Source of the DNA: an uncultured Actinomycetes bacterium
GTDB lineage: Bacteria; Actinomycetota; Thermoleophilia; UBA2241
Reading direction: 5' to 3'
Assembly (NCBI GenBank): GCA_963725665.1
Contig: CAVRZA010000006.1
Coordinates: 384,001 to 448,000, forward strand
Length of the DNA stretch: 64,000 nt
Every line of letters begins with the position of its first letter. Positions within the stretch are counted from its first letter, which is position 1. The notes under the pieces are model-generated. The model worked only from the letters and a program-made list of their open reading frames with translations. It was not told the origin of the DNA and made no database searches. The position numbers and the translations under genes are program-made. Shown in pieces: positions 55,162-64,000 of the stretch.

Positions 55162-55659
55162 GTCCTCACCTCTGGACGCCGACACTGCCGTCGCGGCAGG
55201 GTCAACGATCTCTTCGAGACGGGAAACCCCGCCGATAGGGGGTCTCTTGCCCGGATAGGCCCGGGATAAACCCTATCTCCGCAGGGTTAACATTTCGGTG
55301 ACCGACCTCGCCCGTGCCAACTCATCGTCCACCTTGCAGGTTGACCGGAGCGCCTTCTAATGTGGCGCCAGACCGGACGTTCTGTGCGTGTGGGCGATGT
55401 CCCTGAACCGGTTACTGGTCATCTTGGGAGGCACGGCGGCTACGCTGCCGAGGCACCGGTTACAGAAGATAGCCGCCCCTCCCGCGCCTCTTCGCACTTC
55501 CCATGCGTCAAGCCGTCGGTCACATAGTCGGCCCACGGAGAAGCGAGGACTTTCCGAGGACTTTGGCTGTTCTGCGCAAGCATGAGGGCGCACCACTCCC
55601 CCTTCTGCGGGAGTTGCGGGCGCACCACTCACCAAGCGGAAAGTGGTGATTACCAGCTA

Positions 55660-55690
55660 GAAAAAGAAAAGGGCGCCCGAACGGGCGCCC
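55660..55690 (-). terminator. Terminator after tRNA-fMet
   Basis: GGGCGCCC-GTTC-GGGCGCCC followed by TTTTCTTTTT on the minus strand. Confidence 0.8.
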
Positions 55691-55700
55691 CGGAAGGCTT

Positions 55701-55777
<77 letters not shown>

Positions 55778-56024
55778 TCGTAAGGGAAAAGCATGTTACA
55801 ACTTGCGCGCCCCGACTGTAAAGCCCCAGCTCGAGTGGCTCTCTCGTGAAGCAGCGGATCAGGGCGTGGAGTGCCTTCTCATGCGACGCGAGGGGGCCCC
55901 GCTGAGGCAATGGAGCCCCGCGATCGTCACCCCCCGTCGGCGCAATCGCCACCCCCGAACGCACCCCGGTGGGACTCCACGCACGCCTCATCGGCGTACT
56001 GTCGTTCGGGCTGGGGCGCCGTCC

Positions 56025-56106
56025 GACCGTAAGCACCGCTCCGGCGTGACGGTGAGCACGCCGGCGTGCGCGACCGTGAGCACGCCGCCGGCGTGACCGT
56101 GAGTAC
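56025..56106. repeat. Four phased 12-bp direct repeats, consensus GACCGTGAGCAC
   Basis: Copies at 56025, 56048, 56072 and 56095 (spacing 23/24/23). Confidence 0.75.
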
Positions 56107-56259
56107 AGGCCGCGCGCGACTGTGCATAACCTCTCCCACGCGGGCGCGCGGACGACGCCCCCGCACCCTGCGCGACTCGATACAAGGGAGCCACCCCCAA
56201 GAGCCGGTCGTTCTCGGTAAAGGCAAGGGCCGCCGGGCCGATACAGGTCCACGAGGAGC

Positions 56260-57396
56260 ATGCTCTCAAGACACGACAAAGGCGGAGCCGTGGCCAGAAG
56301 AGTCGGCGCTGTCGCCGTGGCGGCGGCCGCGTTGTGCTTGATCGCGGCCGCCGCCCTCCTTTCATCGCCGACGCCGGCGGCCGCTGCGCCAGCCGTGAAG
56401 GTGCTGGTCATCGGCAGGTCGCCGACGAGCCTGCCCGAGCTCACTCGCGCGGCCGCCAAGGTCCGCGCTCAGATCCGCCGCCTCGACGATGACCTCGAGG
56501 TGCTCACCGAACGCTACAACGCCGCGCGCGTGCGCCTCGACGCCATCGACGCCGAGCTCACCCAGTCTCGCCTGCAGCTCTCGAGCACGCAGGCGGCCCT
56601 GCAGCGGCAGCAGGAGCTCCTCAGCCGGCGCATGGCCGAGATGTACAAGATGGGCGAGTACGGGTGGCTCGAGGTGTTGCTCAACGCGGGCGGCTTCTCA
56701 GACGCCGAGACCCAGGTCGTCTTCTTCCGCCTCATCCGCGAGCAGGACCGTCTCGAACACCAGCGACTCGAGCAGCTCGCCGCCGAGGTGCAGGCCATCG
56801 AAGCGACGATAGCCGACCGCCGCGAGCAAGCCCTCGAGGTCAAGGCGGAGGTCGACGCCGACCGCGCCCTGATCGAGCAGAAGCTCGCGGCGCGGCAGGA
56901 GATCCTCGACGGCCTCGACGGCAAGATCACGGCCATCCTCGCTCGACAGGCGCGCCTCGAGGCTGCCGAGGCCGCCCGCCTGGCGCGCCTTGCCGGCGTC
57001 GACCTGCGCAGCGTCCACGGCACCCCGGCACAGATCGCCGCCGTGCGCTCCTGCATGCGCCATCTCGGCGTCCCCTACGTCTGGGGCGGGGCAGGCCCCG
57101 GCGGGTTCGACTGCTCCGGGCTCGTCATGTACGTGTTCGCCCGCTTCGGCGTCGTGCTGCCGCACTACGCCGCCAGTCAAGCCACGATGGGCGTGCCCGT
57201 GCCCCCCGACCAGCTCCAGCCCGCCGACCTCGTCTTCTTCGGCAGCCCCGTGCCAGGGGGGATCCACCACGTCGGCATGTACGTCGGCAACGGCCTCTTC
57301 ATCGAGGCGCCGCACACCGGCGACGTCGTCAAGGTCAGCCTCCTCGCGGGGCGGGGCATGACGGCCGCCCGTCGCTACCCCCTGACGCTGCCCTAG
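56260..57396 (+). CDS. Secreted coiled-coil NlpC/P60 peptidoglycan endopeptidase (CwlO/RipA-like)
   Basis: Signal peptide, coiled coil, LGVPYVWGG, FDCSGL, HHVGMY. Confidence 0.92.
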   Translation: MLSRHDKGGAVARRVGAVAVAAAALCLIAAAALLSSPTPAAAAPAVKVLVIGRSPTSLPELTRAAAKVRAQIRRLDDDLEVLTERYNAARVRLDAIDAELTQSRLQLSSTQAALQRQQELLSRRMAEMYKMGEYGWLEVLLNAGGFSDAETQVVFFRLIREQDRLEHQRLEQLAAEVQAIEATIADRREQALEVKAEVDADRALIEQKLAARQEILDGLDGKITAILARQARLEAAEAARLARLAGVDLRSVHGTPAQIAAVRSCMRHLGVPYVWGGAGPGGFDCSGLVMYVFARFGVVLPHYAASQATMGVPVPPDQLQPADLVFFGSPVPGGIHHVGMYVGNGLFIEAPHTGDVVKVSLLAGRGMTAARRYPLTLP

Positions 57397-57499
57397 ACTC
57401 AGCCCTGGCCACTTCCAGGCTCGCTCGCGCCACGCGTGCAGCACGAACCTGCCCTCGCGAGGCGTTTGCCCCTCGCGGCGGCCAAGGTAGACTACGAGC

Positions 57500-57856
57500 A
57501 TGCTGCAGAACGCCGCCCAGAACGCGCCCGAGCTCACCGGCTTCATCCTGCTGCTGATCCTCATAGGGTTCGCGGTCGTGGTCGGCGCGGCCATGGGCAT
57601 GGTCGGCCGTGCCGGCTGGCGTCTGCTGGTGTCCCTCCAGACCATACAGAAGACGGTCCTCACGCCGGCCGTCGAGCTTGCCGAGCGGGCCGAGAAGGCG
57701 GCCGAGCGCGCCGATGCGCTGGCCGTCAGGGCGCAGGAACTCGACGGGACCGTGGCGAGACTGCAGAAGAACATGGCCGCGCTTTCCATCCTCGCTGCGA
57801 CGCTTCAGAAAGCGTCGCAGCCCTGGCTGAGCGTGCGCGGCTTCGTGCGCAAGTGA
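57500..57856 (+). CDS. Hypothetical membrane protein with coiled coil
   Basis: N-terminal TM followed by a heptad-like region; codon usage like the neighbours. Confidence 0.6.
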   Translation: MLQNAAQNAPELTGFILLLILIGFAVVVGAAMGMVGRAGWRLLVSLQTIQKTVLTPAVELAERAEKAAERADALAVRAQELDGTVARLQKNMAALSILAATLQKASQPWLSVRGFVRK

Positions 57857-57861
57857 CCTGA

Positions 57862-57927
57862 GGCGACGAGGAGCGCGTCGGCGGCGGGCTCCCCCGGGAG
57901 CCCGCCGCCGACGCGCTCCTCGTCGCC
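57862..57927. repeat. Perfect 32-bp inverted repeat between convergent genes
   Basis: GGCGACGAGGAGCGCGTCGGCGGCGGGCTCCC-CC-exact reverse complement. Confidence 0.9.
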
Positions 57928-57943
57928 AGACCTCGCCCGGCAG

Positions 57944-59698
57944 CTAGACCCGCGCCGCCGAGTTCTCGAAGTCCCAGCCGCGCTCCGCGTAGTAGTCGCG
58001 CCGCAGCCGCTCCATCTGCTCGTGCGAGACCCGCAGCTCGCTGCCGTCGTGCGCGGCCACTGGCCGCTCGGTGATCCAGGCCGGCAAACGCTCCTGGTCG
58101 GCCCCGAACCCGCGCAGCTCGTTGAAACGATGCGTCTCGGCGATGATCCGTCCCATCACTGCACGCAGCCCCTCGACCGAGTAGTCGGTGTCGACGGCGG
58201 CGTTGACGACGTCGGTGATGTAGGGCCACTGCACGAGGTCGCGGTAGAAGCGGCAGTAGATCAGGGTGTCCATGACGCAGAGCCGGTCCTCCCAGTCGAC
58301 GAGCATCGCCGCCTTGCCCTCGGGCTCGGCGGGGTCGGAGAGGCCGGCCAGCTCGGCCTTGTAGAACGTGCTGCGCAGGTGGCAGGCGCCGCGAGAGGCC
58401 GTGACGAAGGTGAGGCCCATCCCCTTCAGCTTGCGCGCGTCGTAGCCGGCCGGCTCCATGCCCTTGACGTGCACGGCGACGCCCTCGAGGCCGAGCTCCT
58501 TCTCCACTCTCAGGATGCCGTCGGCGAACAGGTCGCCCACACCTTCGCGGCGCGCCATCATCTCGAGGAACTCGGCCACGCCGTCGGCGTCGCCGTACTC
58601 CAGCCCCAGATCGAGCTTGCCACGCTGACACGCCTCGATGGCCAGCGCCGCGAGGTTGCCGCCGCTCATCGTGTCCATGCCCAGCCGGTCGCAGATATCG
58701 TTCATGCGCATGATCTGCGTCCAGTCGCTGATCTCGCACAGACCGCCGAAGGCGTAGATTGTCTCGTACTCTGGCCCGTCGATCTCGAGACCGGCCAGGG
58801 GCCCTTCTTTGACGATGTTGCGCTTCACGCACTGCAGCATGCACGGCGGGCACACCTGGTTCTTGACGTACGTTGTCTCGAGCATGTGCTCGACCGTAAG
58901 CTCCTCGAAGTACTCGGCGCTGGCCTTCTGCCAATACCGCGTAGGGAAGGTGTCGGCCCCGTTCAGCAGGCGCACCATGTTCACGGTCCCGCCGCGCTTG
59001 TAGGCGGCCACCCCGGCGTCGTCCTTGCCCCGCGCGACCATGTCCTTGCAGAGGGCGTCGAAGGCTTCGGGTCTGGCGACAGAGGGCTTCTGCGTGCCGT
59101 GCCAGACGATGCCCTTGACCTTCTTCGAGCCCATGACCGTGCCGGGACCGCCCCGCCCGAGGTGGTGCCACTTCTCGTTGTTGACGCAGGCGAAGCGCAC
59201 CAGGTTCTCGCCGGCGGGCCCGATGGCACACACCTTGGCCTTGGGTACGTTGACCTTAGCCAGCAGGCTCTCCTCGGCCTCGTAGGCGTCGAGCCCCCAC
59301 ACGTCGTCGGCAGGGTGGATCTGCGCCCCCTCCTCGGAGACCTCCAGGAACACCGGCGAGTCGGCGGCTCCCTCGACGACGACCATCTTGTAGCCCGTCG
59401 CGGCGAACTGCGGCGTCAGGTTGCCTCCCGAGTACGCCTCACCGTAGCCACCGGTCAGAGGTGAGGCGAAGTAGACCGCATACCGGTTGCTGCCCATCAT
59501 CTTGCTGCCGCCCATAGGGCCGACGGCGAAGAAGAGCTTGTTCTGTGGGCTCAGCGGGTCGACCTCGGGCCCGACCTCGTTCAGCAGGTAGTGGGTCCCG
59601 AGCCCCTTGGCGCCGACATACTCGCGGATCAGCTCCGGCGGTATCGTCTCCTCGCTCGTGGTGCGCGTGGTGAGATCGATCCTCAGAAGGTCACCCAT
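57944..59698 (-). CDS. Aldehyde:ferredoxin oxidoreductase (W/Mo-bis-pterin AOR family)
   Basis: LRIDL, SPLTGG, IGPAGEN, GRGGPG.VMGSK, CPPCMLQC, PEYET, GMDTMS, RGACH. Confidence 0.93.
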   Translation of the reverse strand: MGDLLRIDLTTRTTSEETIPPELIREYVGAKGLGTHYLLNEVGPEVDPLSPQNKLFFAVGPMGGSKMMGSNRYAVYFASPLTGGYGEAYSGGNLTPQFAATGYKMVVVEGAADSPVFLEVSEEGAQIHPADDVWGLDAYEAEESLLAKVNVPKAKVCAIGPAGENLVRFACVNNEKWHHLGRGGPGTVMGSKKVKGIVWHGTQKPSVARPEAFDALCKDMVARGKDDAGVAAYKRGGTVNMVRLLNGADTFPTRYWQKASAEYFEELTVEHMLETTYVKNQVCPPCMLQCVKRNIVKEGPLAGLEIDGPEYETIYAFGGLCEISDWTQIMRMNDICDRLGMDTMSGGNLAALAIEACQRGKLDLGLEYGDADGVAEFLEMMARREGVGDLFADGILRVEKELGLEGVAVHVKGMEPAGYDARKLKGMGLTFVTASRGACHLRSTFYKAELAGLSDPAEPEGKAAMLVDWEDRLCVMDTLIYCRFYRDLVQWPYITDVVNAAVDTDYSVEGLRAVMGRIIAETHRFNELRGFGADQERLPAWITERPVAAHDGSELRVSHEQMERLRRDYYAERGWDFENSAARV

Positions 59699-59811
59699 TC
59701 CGCTTCCTTTCGCTGTCTCCTCGACGCAAGACCGACCGACCGGCCGCTCGCGAACGTCCTCCTCAGACACTGTGAACTGCGCCGCCGCGGCTTGGCAACC
59801 GCAATTTGGTC

Positions 59812-59857
59812 GAAAACGGGGGCGGGGCTGTGGTCCGGATGGACCACAGCCCCGCCC
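59812..59857 (-). terminator. Terminator after ald
   Basis: 17-bp stem GGGCGGGGCTGTGGTCC/GGACCACAGCCCCGCCC, with GTTTT downstream on the minus strand. Confidence 0.75.
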
Positions 59858-59893
59858 GATCGAGTGTCTTGTGGTGCGCAGCCGCGAGGCGAC

Positions 59894-61018
59894 TTACGCC
59901 TTCATCGCCTTCTCGAGCGGCGTGTAGGTGAGCTTGTGCGCGTCGGCGACGGACTTGATCGTCAGCTTGCCGCGGTACACGTTGACGCCGAGGGCGAGCG
60001 CGGGATCTTCCTTGACCGCCTTCTCGAAGCCCTTGCTGGCGATCTTCACACCGTAGGGCAGCGTGGCGCCGGCGAGCGCCATCGCGGAGGTGCGGGCCAG
60101 CGCGCCGGGCATGTTGGCGACACAGTAGTGGATGACGCCGTCGACCACGTAGGTGGGCTCGCTGTGCGACGTCGGCTTCGAGGTCTCGAAGCAGCCACCC
60201 TGGTCGATGGCCACGTCGACCAGGACCGAACCGGGCTTCATGTGCTTGAGCATGCTGCGCTTGACGAGATGTGGGGCCTGCGCGCCGTGCGGCAGGAGCA
60301 CCGCGCCGACGACGATGTCGGCATCGGCGATCTCCTCCTCGATGACGGCTTCGTTGCTGAGCACGGTCTCGATGCGACCGCCGAAGACATCGTCGAGGTA
60401 GGTCAGGCGCGGCGCCCAGGCGTCGAGCACGACCGTGCGGGCGCCCATGCCCACGGACACCTTGGCGGCGTTGGTGCCGACGGTGCCGCCGCCGATGATG
60501 ACGACCTTGGCCGGCGGGACGCCGGTCACACCGCCGAGGAGCACGCCCTCGCCCCCGTGGTTCTTCTGCAGGTGCGTCGCGCCGGCCTGGATGGCCAGCT
60601 TGCCGGCGACCTCGCTCATCGGGAAGAGGAGGGGATGGCCGCCGGCCTCGGTCTCGACCGTCTCGAAAGCGATCGCCCGGATATCGGCCTTCATCATCGC
60701 TTTGGTGAGGTCCTTGGCATAGGCCGCCGCAAGGTGCAGGTAGGTGTAGAGGATCTGGCCCGGCTTGAACTTGCCGTACTCGCTCGGCAGGGGCTCCTTC
60801 ACCTTGTAGATCATGTCGCCGCGGGCCCACACATCGTCGACGGCGGCGAGCTCGGCACCCGCGGCCTTGTAGGCCTTGTCCTCGAAGCCGGCGCCGACAC
60901 CGGCGCCCTTCTCGACGATCACCGTGTGGCCGGCGCGCACGAGCTCCTTCACGCCGATAGGCGTCGCGGCGACGCGGTACTCCTCGTTCTTGATCTCCTT
61001 GGGTACTCCGACGATCAT
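59894..61018 (-). CDS. ald: Alanine dehydrogenase
   Basis: GVPKEIKNEEYRV, KVKEP, YLHLAA, PMSEVAG, VAIDQGGC, YCVANMPG. Confidence 0.96.
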   Translation of the reverse strand: MIVGVPKEIKNEEYRVAATPIGVKELVRAGHTVIVEKGAGVGAGFEDKAYKAAGAELAAVDDVWARGDMIYKVKEPLPSEYGKFKPGQILYTYLHLAAAYAKDLTKAMMKADIRAIAFETVETEAGGHPLLFPMSEVAGKLAIQAGATHLQKNHGGEGVLLGGVTGVPPAKVVIIGGGTVGTNAAKVSVGMGARTVVLDAWAPRLTYLDDVFGGRIETVLSNEAVIEEEIADADIVVGAVLLPHGAQAPHLVKRSMLKHMKPGSVLVDVAIDQGGCFETSKPTSHSEPTYVVDGVIHYCVANMPGALARTSAMALAGATLPYGVKIASKGFEKAVKEDPALALGVNVYRGKLTIKSVADAHKLTYTPLEKAMKA

Positions 61019-61375
61019 GGCTGCCTCCTTGGCGACTTCCCCACGGCCCTTTCAACGAGTGCGCTTCTGTGCTTTCCCGAGAGATTCTGTTCTCTCTTGA
61101 GCCGCGTGCATCTTAGCACAAGCTCCTCGGCTCGTACTCGTCAAACGGAAGTCCTCGAACACCCCGTCGTTCCGCCGCGGCTAGAGCACGGGCCAGGCAG
61201 TGGCCCCGCGCCTCGGTACGCCATGACGCTATGGTTGTACTATCAGCGCCGGGTCCGCGACGGGAAGACCGCGGAGACCGCGGCGGCACGAAGACGGCGC
61301 CCGAGCGGAGACGGTACCGGGGCCAAGGCGGCACCTGGGCCAGGACGGTACGGCGCCACGACGAAAGGGACCGGC

Positions 61376-62398
61376 ATGACGGGTCGGGAAGACCACGAGC
61401 TGGCCATCGAGCGGCTGGAGAGGGAGCTCGGAGGGCGCGTCGGCGTAGCCGCACGCGACCTCGCATCGGGCGCCCAGGTCCTCTACCGGCCCGACGAGCC
61501 CTTTCCCATGGCCAGCGTCTTCAAAGTGCCGCTCATGGTCGCCCTGCTGCGCGCCGTCGACGCCGGCACGGTGACGCTCGACGAACGCCTCCAGCTGACC
61601 GAGCGGATCAAGAGCCCCGGAAGCACCCTCGTGCACTGCGACCCGGGGCTCGCGCCGACGCTGCGCGACCTGCTGTGCCTCACCATCACGCTGAGCGACA
61701 ACACGGCGACCGACATGCTGTGGCGCCGCCTCGGGCGGCGGGCGATCAACAGCGCCATGCGTGAGCTCGGTCTCGACAGCATCGACTGCAGCATGCCGAA
61801 CCGGGAGTACTTCCTCCTCGAGATCGTGCGCAACGGCGACTGGGAGGGGATGGGCGCGGCCGACATCGTGGCGAGATGGCGCGAGCTCGACGACAGCGGG
61901 CGCTGGACCGCCCTGGAGCGCCTCGAGGAGCTCAATGCCGATCTCACCGGCGCCGACTTCCTGCGTCGCTGGGTGGAGCGCTACGGCTGGAGCGACGAGA
62001 CAGACTACGACGACGCCTTCGTCTTCGACCAGGCGCTCGACAACCAGGGGACGCCGCGCGAGATCGCCGAGCTCCTGGCGATGGTAGCCGAGGGCCGCTG
62101 CGCGTCGGAGTCTTCGTGTGCGCTGATGGTCGAGGTGCTCAGCCGGCAGGAGTGGACCACGCGCATCCCGGCCGGGCTGCCCCCCGGCCTCAAGATCGCC
62201 AACAAGACCGGCAGCGTGGCCGGCACCGTCAACGACGTAGCCATCGTCTACCCGCCCGCCGGGCCGCCTTTCGTCCTCGTCGTGTTCTGCAAAGGCCTGA
62301 GCTACGCGGCCCAGTCGGCTGCGGAGAAGACGATCGCGCGCGTCGCCGGCGACGTGCACGCGTCGTTCGCCGCTTCCCGGGGAACGACACAGGCGTGA
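61376..62398 (+). CDS. Class A beta-lactamase-like serine hydrolase (no signal peptide)
   Basis: FPMASVFK, SDN, NKTG, NDV motifs. Confidence 0.88.
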   Translation: MTGREDHELAIERLERELGGRVGVAARDLASGAQVLYRPDEPFPMASVFKVPLMVALLRAVDAGTVTLDERLQLTERIKSPGSTLVHCDPGLAPTLRDLLCLTITLSDNTATDMLWRRLGRRAINSAMRELGLDSIDCSMPNREYFLLEIVRNGDWEGMGAADIVARWRELDDSGRWTALERLEELNADLTGADFLRRWVERYGWSDETDYDDAFVFDQALDNQGTPREIAELLAMVAEGRCASESSCALMVEVLSRQEWTTRIPAGLPPGLKIANKTGSVAGTVNDVAIVYPPAGPPFVLVVFCKGLSYAAQSAAEKTIARVAGDVHASFAASRGTTQA

Positions 62399-63207
62399 AC
62401 GTCAACGGCATGCGCTGTCTCCTCGCCGGTGGCGCGCGCGGCTTGGGCGCCGCGCTCGCGCTCGACTTCGCCGAGCACGGCGCCGACGTGGCCGTCTCGT
62501 ACCATAGCTCGGCCGGCCGGGCAAACGAGACCTGCGCCGGCGTGCGCGCCCTAGGACGCCGCTGCGCCGCCCTGCAGGTCGATCTCACAGACGCGGACGA
62601 CGCCCGCCGGCTCGTCGCGCGCGCCGCGACCGAGCTCGGCGGCCTCGACGCCCTCGTTTACGCGGCCAGCGGCCCCTTCGTCCCGCGCCGCCCCGAGGAG
62701 CTCGACGAGGCCGCTTGGGCCGCCTCGCTCGACACCATCGCCAAGGGGTTTCTCTTCACCGCCCAGGCGGCCTACGAGGCGTTCATGCGCGGGCAGCCGT
62801 CCCACACCGCGGGCGAGCAGGACGCTCCCGCGGGCGCCGGCGCCGGCGCCGATCCGGCCTTCCCGCCTTCACGCGGCGTCATCGTGGCGATCACGGACGT
62901 CGGCGGTGAGGCTCCGTGGGCGGCCTTCGCGGCGCACAGCGCCGCGAAGGCCGCCCAGATCGCCCTCGTGAAGGCGCTGGCCAAGGCCTGGGGCCGCGAC
63001 GGCGTGCGCGTCTGCGGCGTCGCCCCCGGACCGCTCGACCTAGCCGACGACAGGCGCCGCGAGGCGAGCCAGCGGGCGGCCGGGCGCACGGTGATCGGCA
63101 GGCTGCAGCGGCCTGAAGAGATCGCCACCGCGGTGAGGTTCTGCCTCGAGAACGACTACGTCACCGGGCAGAACCTGATCGTCGACGGCGGCTTCTTGCT
63201 CAGGTAG
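62395..63207 (+). CDS. SDR, pteridine reductase/FolM-like
   Basis: GGARGLG, SYHSS, AITD, APG, YVTGQ..VDGG. Confidence 0.8.
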   Translation: MNVNGMRCLLAGGARGLGAALALDFAEHGADVAVSYHSSAGRANETCAGVRALGRRCAALQVDLTDADDARRLVARAATELGGLDALVYAASGPFVPRRPEELDEAAWAASLDTIAKGFLFTAQAAYEAFMRGQPSHTAGEQDAPAGAGAGADPAFPPSRGVIVAITDVGGEAPWAAFAAHSAAKAAQIALVKALAKAWGRDGVRVCGVAPGPLDLADDRRREASQRAAGRTVIGRLQRPEEIATAVRFCLENDYVTGQNLIVDGGFLLR

Positions 63208-63305
63208 TCCCAGGAAGGTCCGCCGGCCTCGCAGTCGGGGACGGCCATCCGGTGGCTTGCCGAGGACGACGCTACGAAAGACTTCGTGCGGCCGTCCACG
63301 CTCCT

Positions 63306-64000
63306 CTAGTCTTTGGCGGCGACCTTCTGCTTCTTGCCCGACTGGTCGATGAGCTCCTTGGCCTTGAGGGCGAGCCAGAACTCCATGCGGTCCTGCGAAC
63401 TGCTCAGGTCGCGACCCGTGATCTCCTCGACGCGCTTCATGCGGTAGCGCAGGGTGTGACGGTGGACGTAGAGGCGCTCGGAGGCCTCACCCCAGTGTCC
63501 GTTCGCCTCGAGGAAGCAGGCGAGGCTCTTGACCAGGTCGCTCGAGCTCTGCTCGTCGTACTCATGCAGCTTGCCGAGCACGCTGTCGTAGAAGACCTCG
63601 AGCGAGAGCGTGTCCTGCAGGCCCAGGAGCAGCCCGTAGGAGCCCAGGTCGTCGAAGCTGGCGATGACGGCCCGGTTGCCCTTGAGCTTGCGGATCCTGA
63701 TGGCGTAGAGAGCCTCGTAGTAGCTCTGTCGCAGGTCGACGAGCGATTTGTGCGGCCGGCCGAGACCGATGGAGACGGTGATCTCGGGCAGCATCGCCTC
63801 GACGGCGCGCTGCAGGTCGGCGGCCAGACCGATGACATCGGTCGCGCGCACGCCACCGAGCTGCACGAGCACGACCACCGAGTCGCTGCGCGAGGCCGAG
63901 ATGAAGAGTACATCTCGGCGCGCGAGGAACTCATCGACCGCCCAGTGCAGGCGCTCCTTGACGTCCTGGATGACCGTCTCCTCACGTTCGCCGTCGCCGC
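63306..64000 (-). CDS. PucR/CdaR family transcriptional regulator, 5' part outside the window
   Basis: LRQSYYEA, FDDLG, LHEYD, SERLYVHRHTLRYRMKRVEEITG. Confidence 0.92.
   Translation of the reverse strand, partial: GDGEREETVIQDVKERLHWAVDEFLARRDVLFISASRSDSVVVLVQLGGVRATDVIGLAADLQRAVEAMLPEITVSIGLGRPHKSLVDLRQSYYEALYAIRIRKLKGNRAVIASFDDLGSYGLLLGLQDTLSLEVFYDSVLGKLHEYDEQSSSDLVKSLACFLEANGHWGEASERLYVHRHTLRYRMKRVEEITGRDLSSSQDRMEFWLALKAKELIDQSGKKQKVAAKD

Noticed and set aside
55780-56260. c-di-AMP (ydaO) riboswitch upstream of NlpC/P60, or small ORFs in the gap
   Set aside because: The GCTGAATCC and CCCGTCAGCTAAC-type conserved segments are not present, and the ORFs have no recognisable motifs.
59591-62398. 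935-aa plus-strand ORF
   Set aside because: The first ~590 codons are antisense shadow of ald and intergenic DNA; the real gene starts at ATG 61376.
61376-62398. Antibiotic-resistance beta-lactamase
   Set aside because: No signal peptide and no clear omega-loop ExxLN motif; only the general serine-hydrolase fold is supported.

Overview
GC-rich, apparently chromosomal window. Gene content and order suggest an anaerobic, deep-branching actinobacterium (Thermoleophilia-like; inference only). Left end: fhs-fchA-folD-hydC-hydB (formate/methyl-branch C1 module plus bifurcating-type diaphorase subunits), larC, trehalose genes, dtxR-feoB, an M23 peptidase, tRNA-Gly, peptidases, argS, a V4R-GGDEF gene, an SbcCD-like pair and a mobAB fusion. 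Middle: the conserved block tilS-hpt-ftsH-folEPBK-nadABC-coaX-dusB-greA-lysS-clpC-radA-carD-PIN/TRAM-ispD-ispF. Right end: aqpZ, tRNA-fMet, NlpC/P60, AOR, ald, a serine hydrolase, an SDR and a PucR regulator. The most unusual element is a 1.39 kb integrase-less islet in tRNA-fMet, bounded by exact 79-bp direct repeats. It carries one exported, membrane-anchored protein with four 24-aa GWAWG(S/F)xY repeats and a CP12-like Cx8C tail. Five clear +1 frameshifts, two in normally essential genes, point to assembly indel errors. No CRISPR array, transposase or integrase was seen. All calls come from reading motifs by eye; no searches were run.
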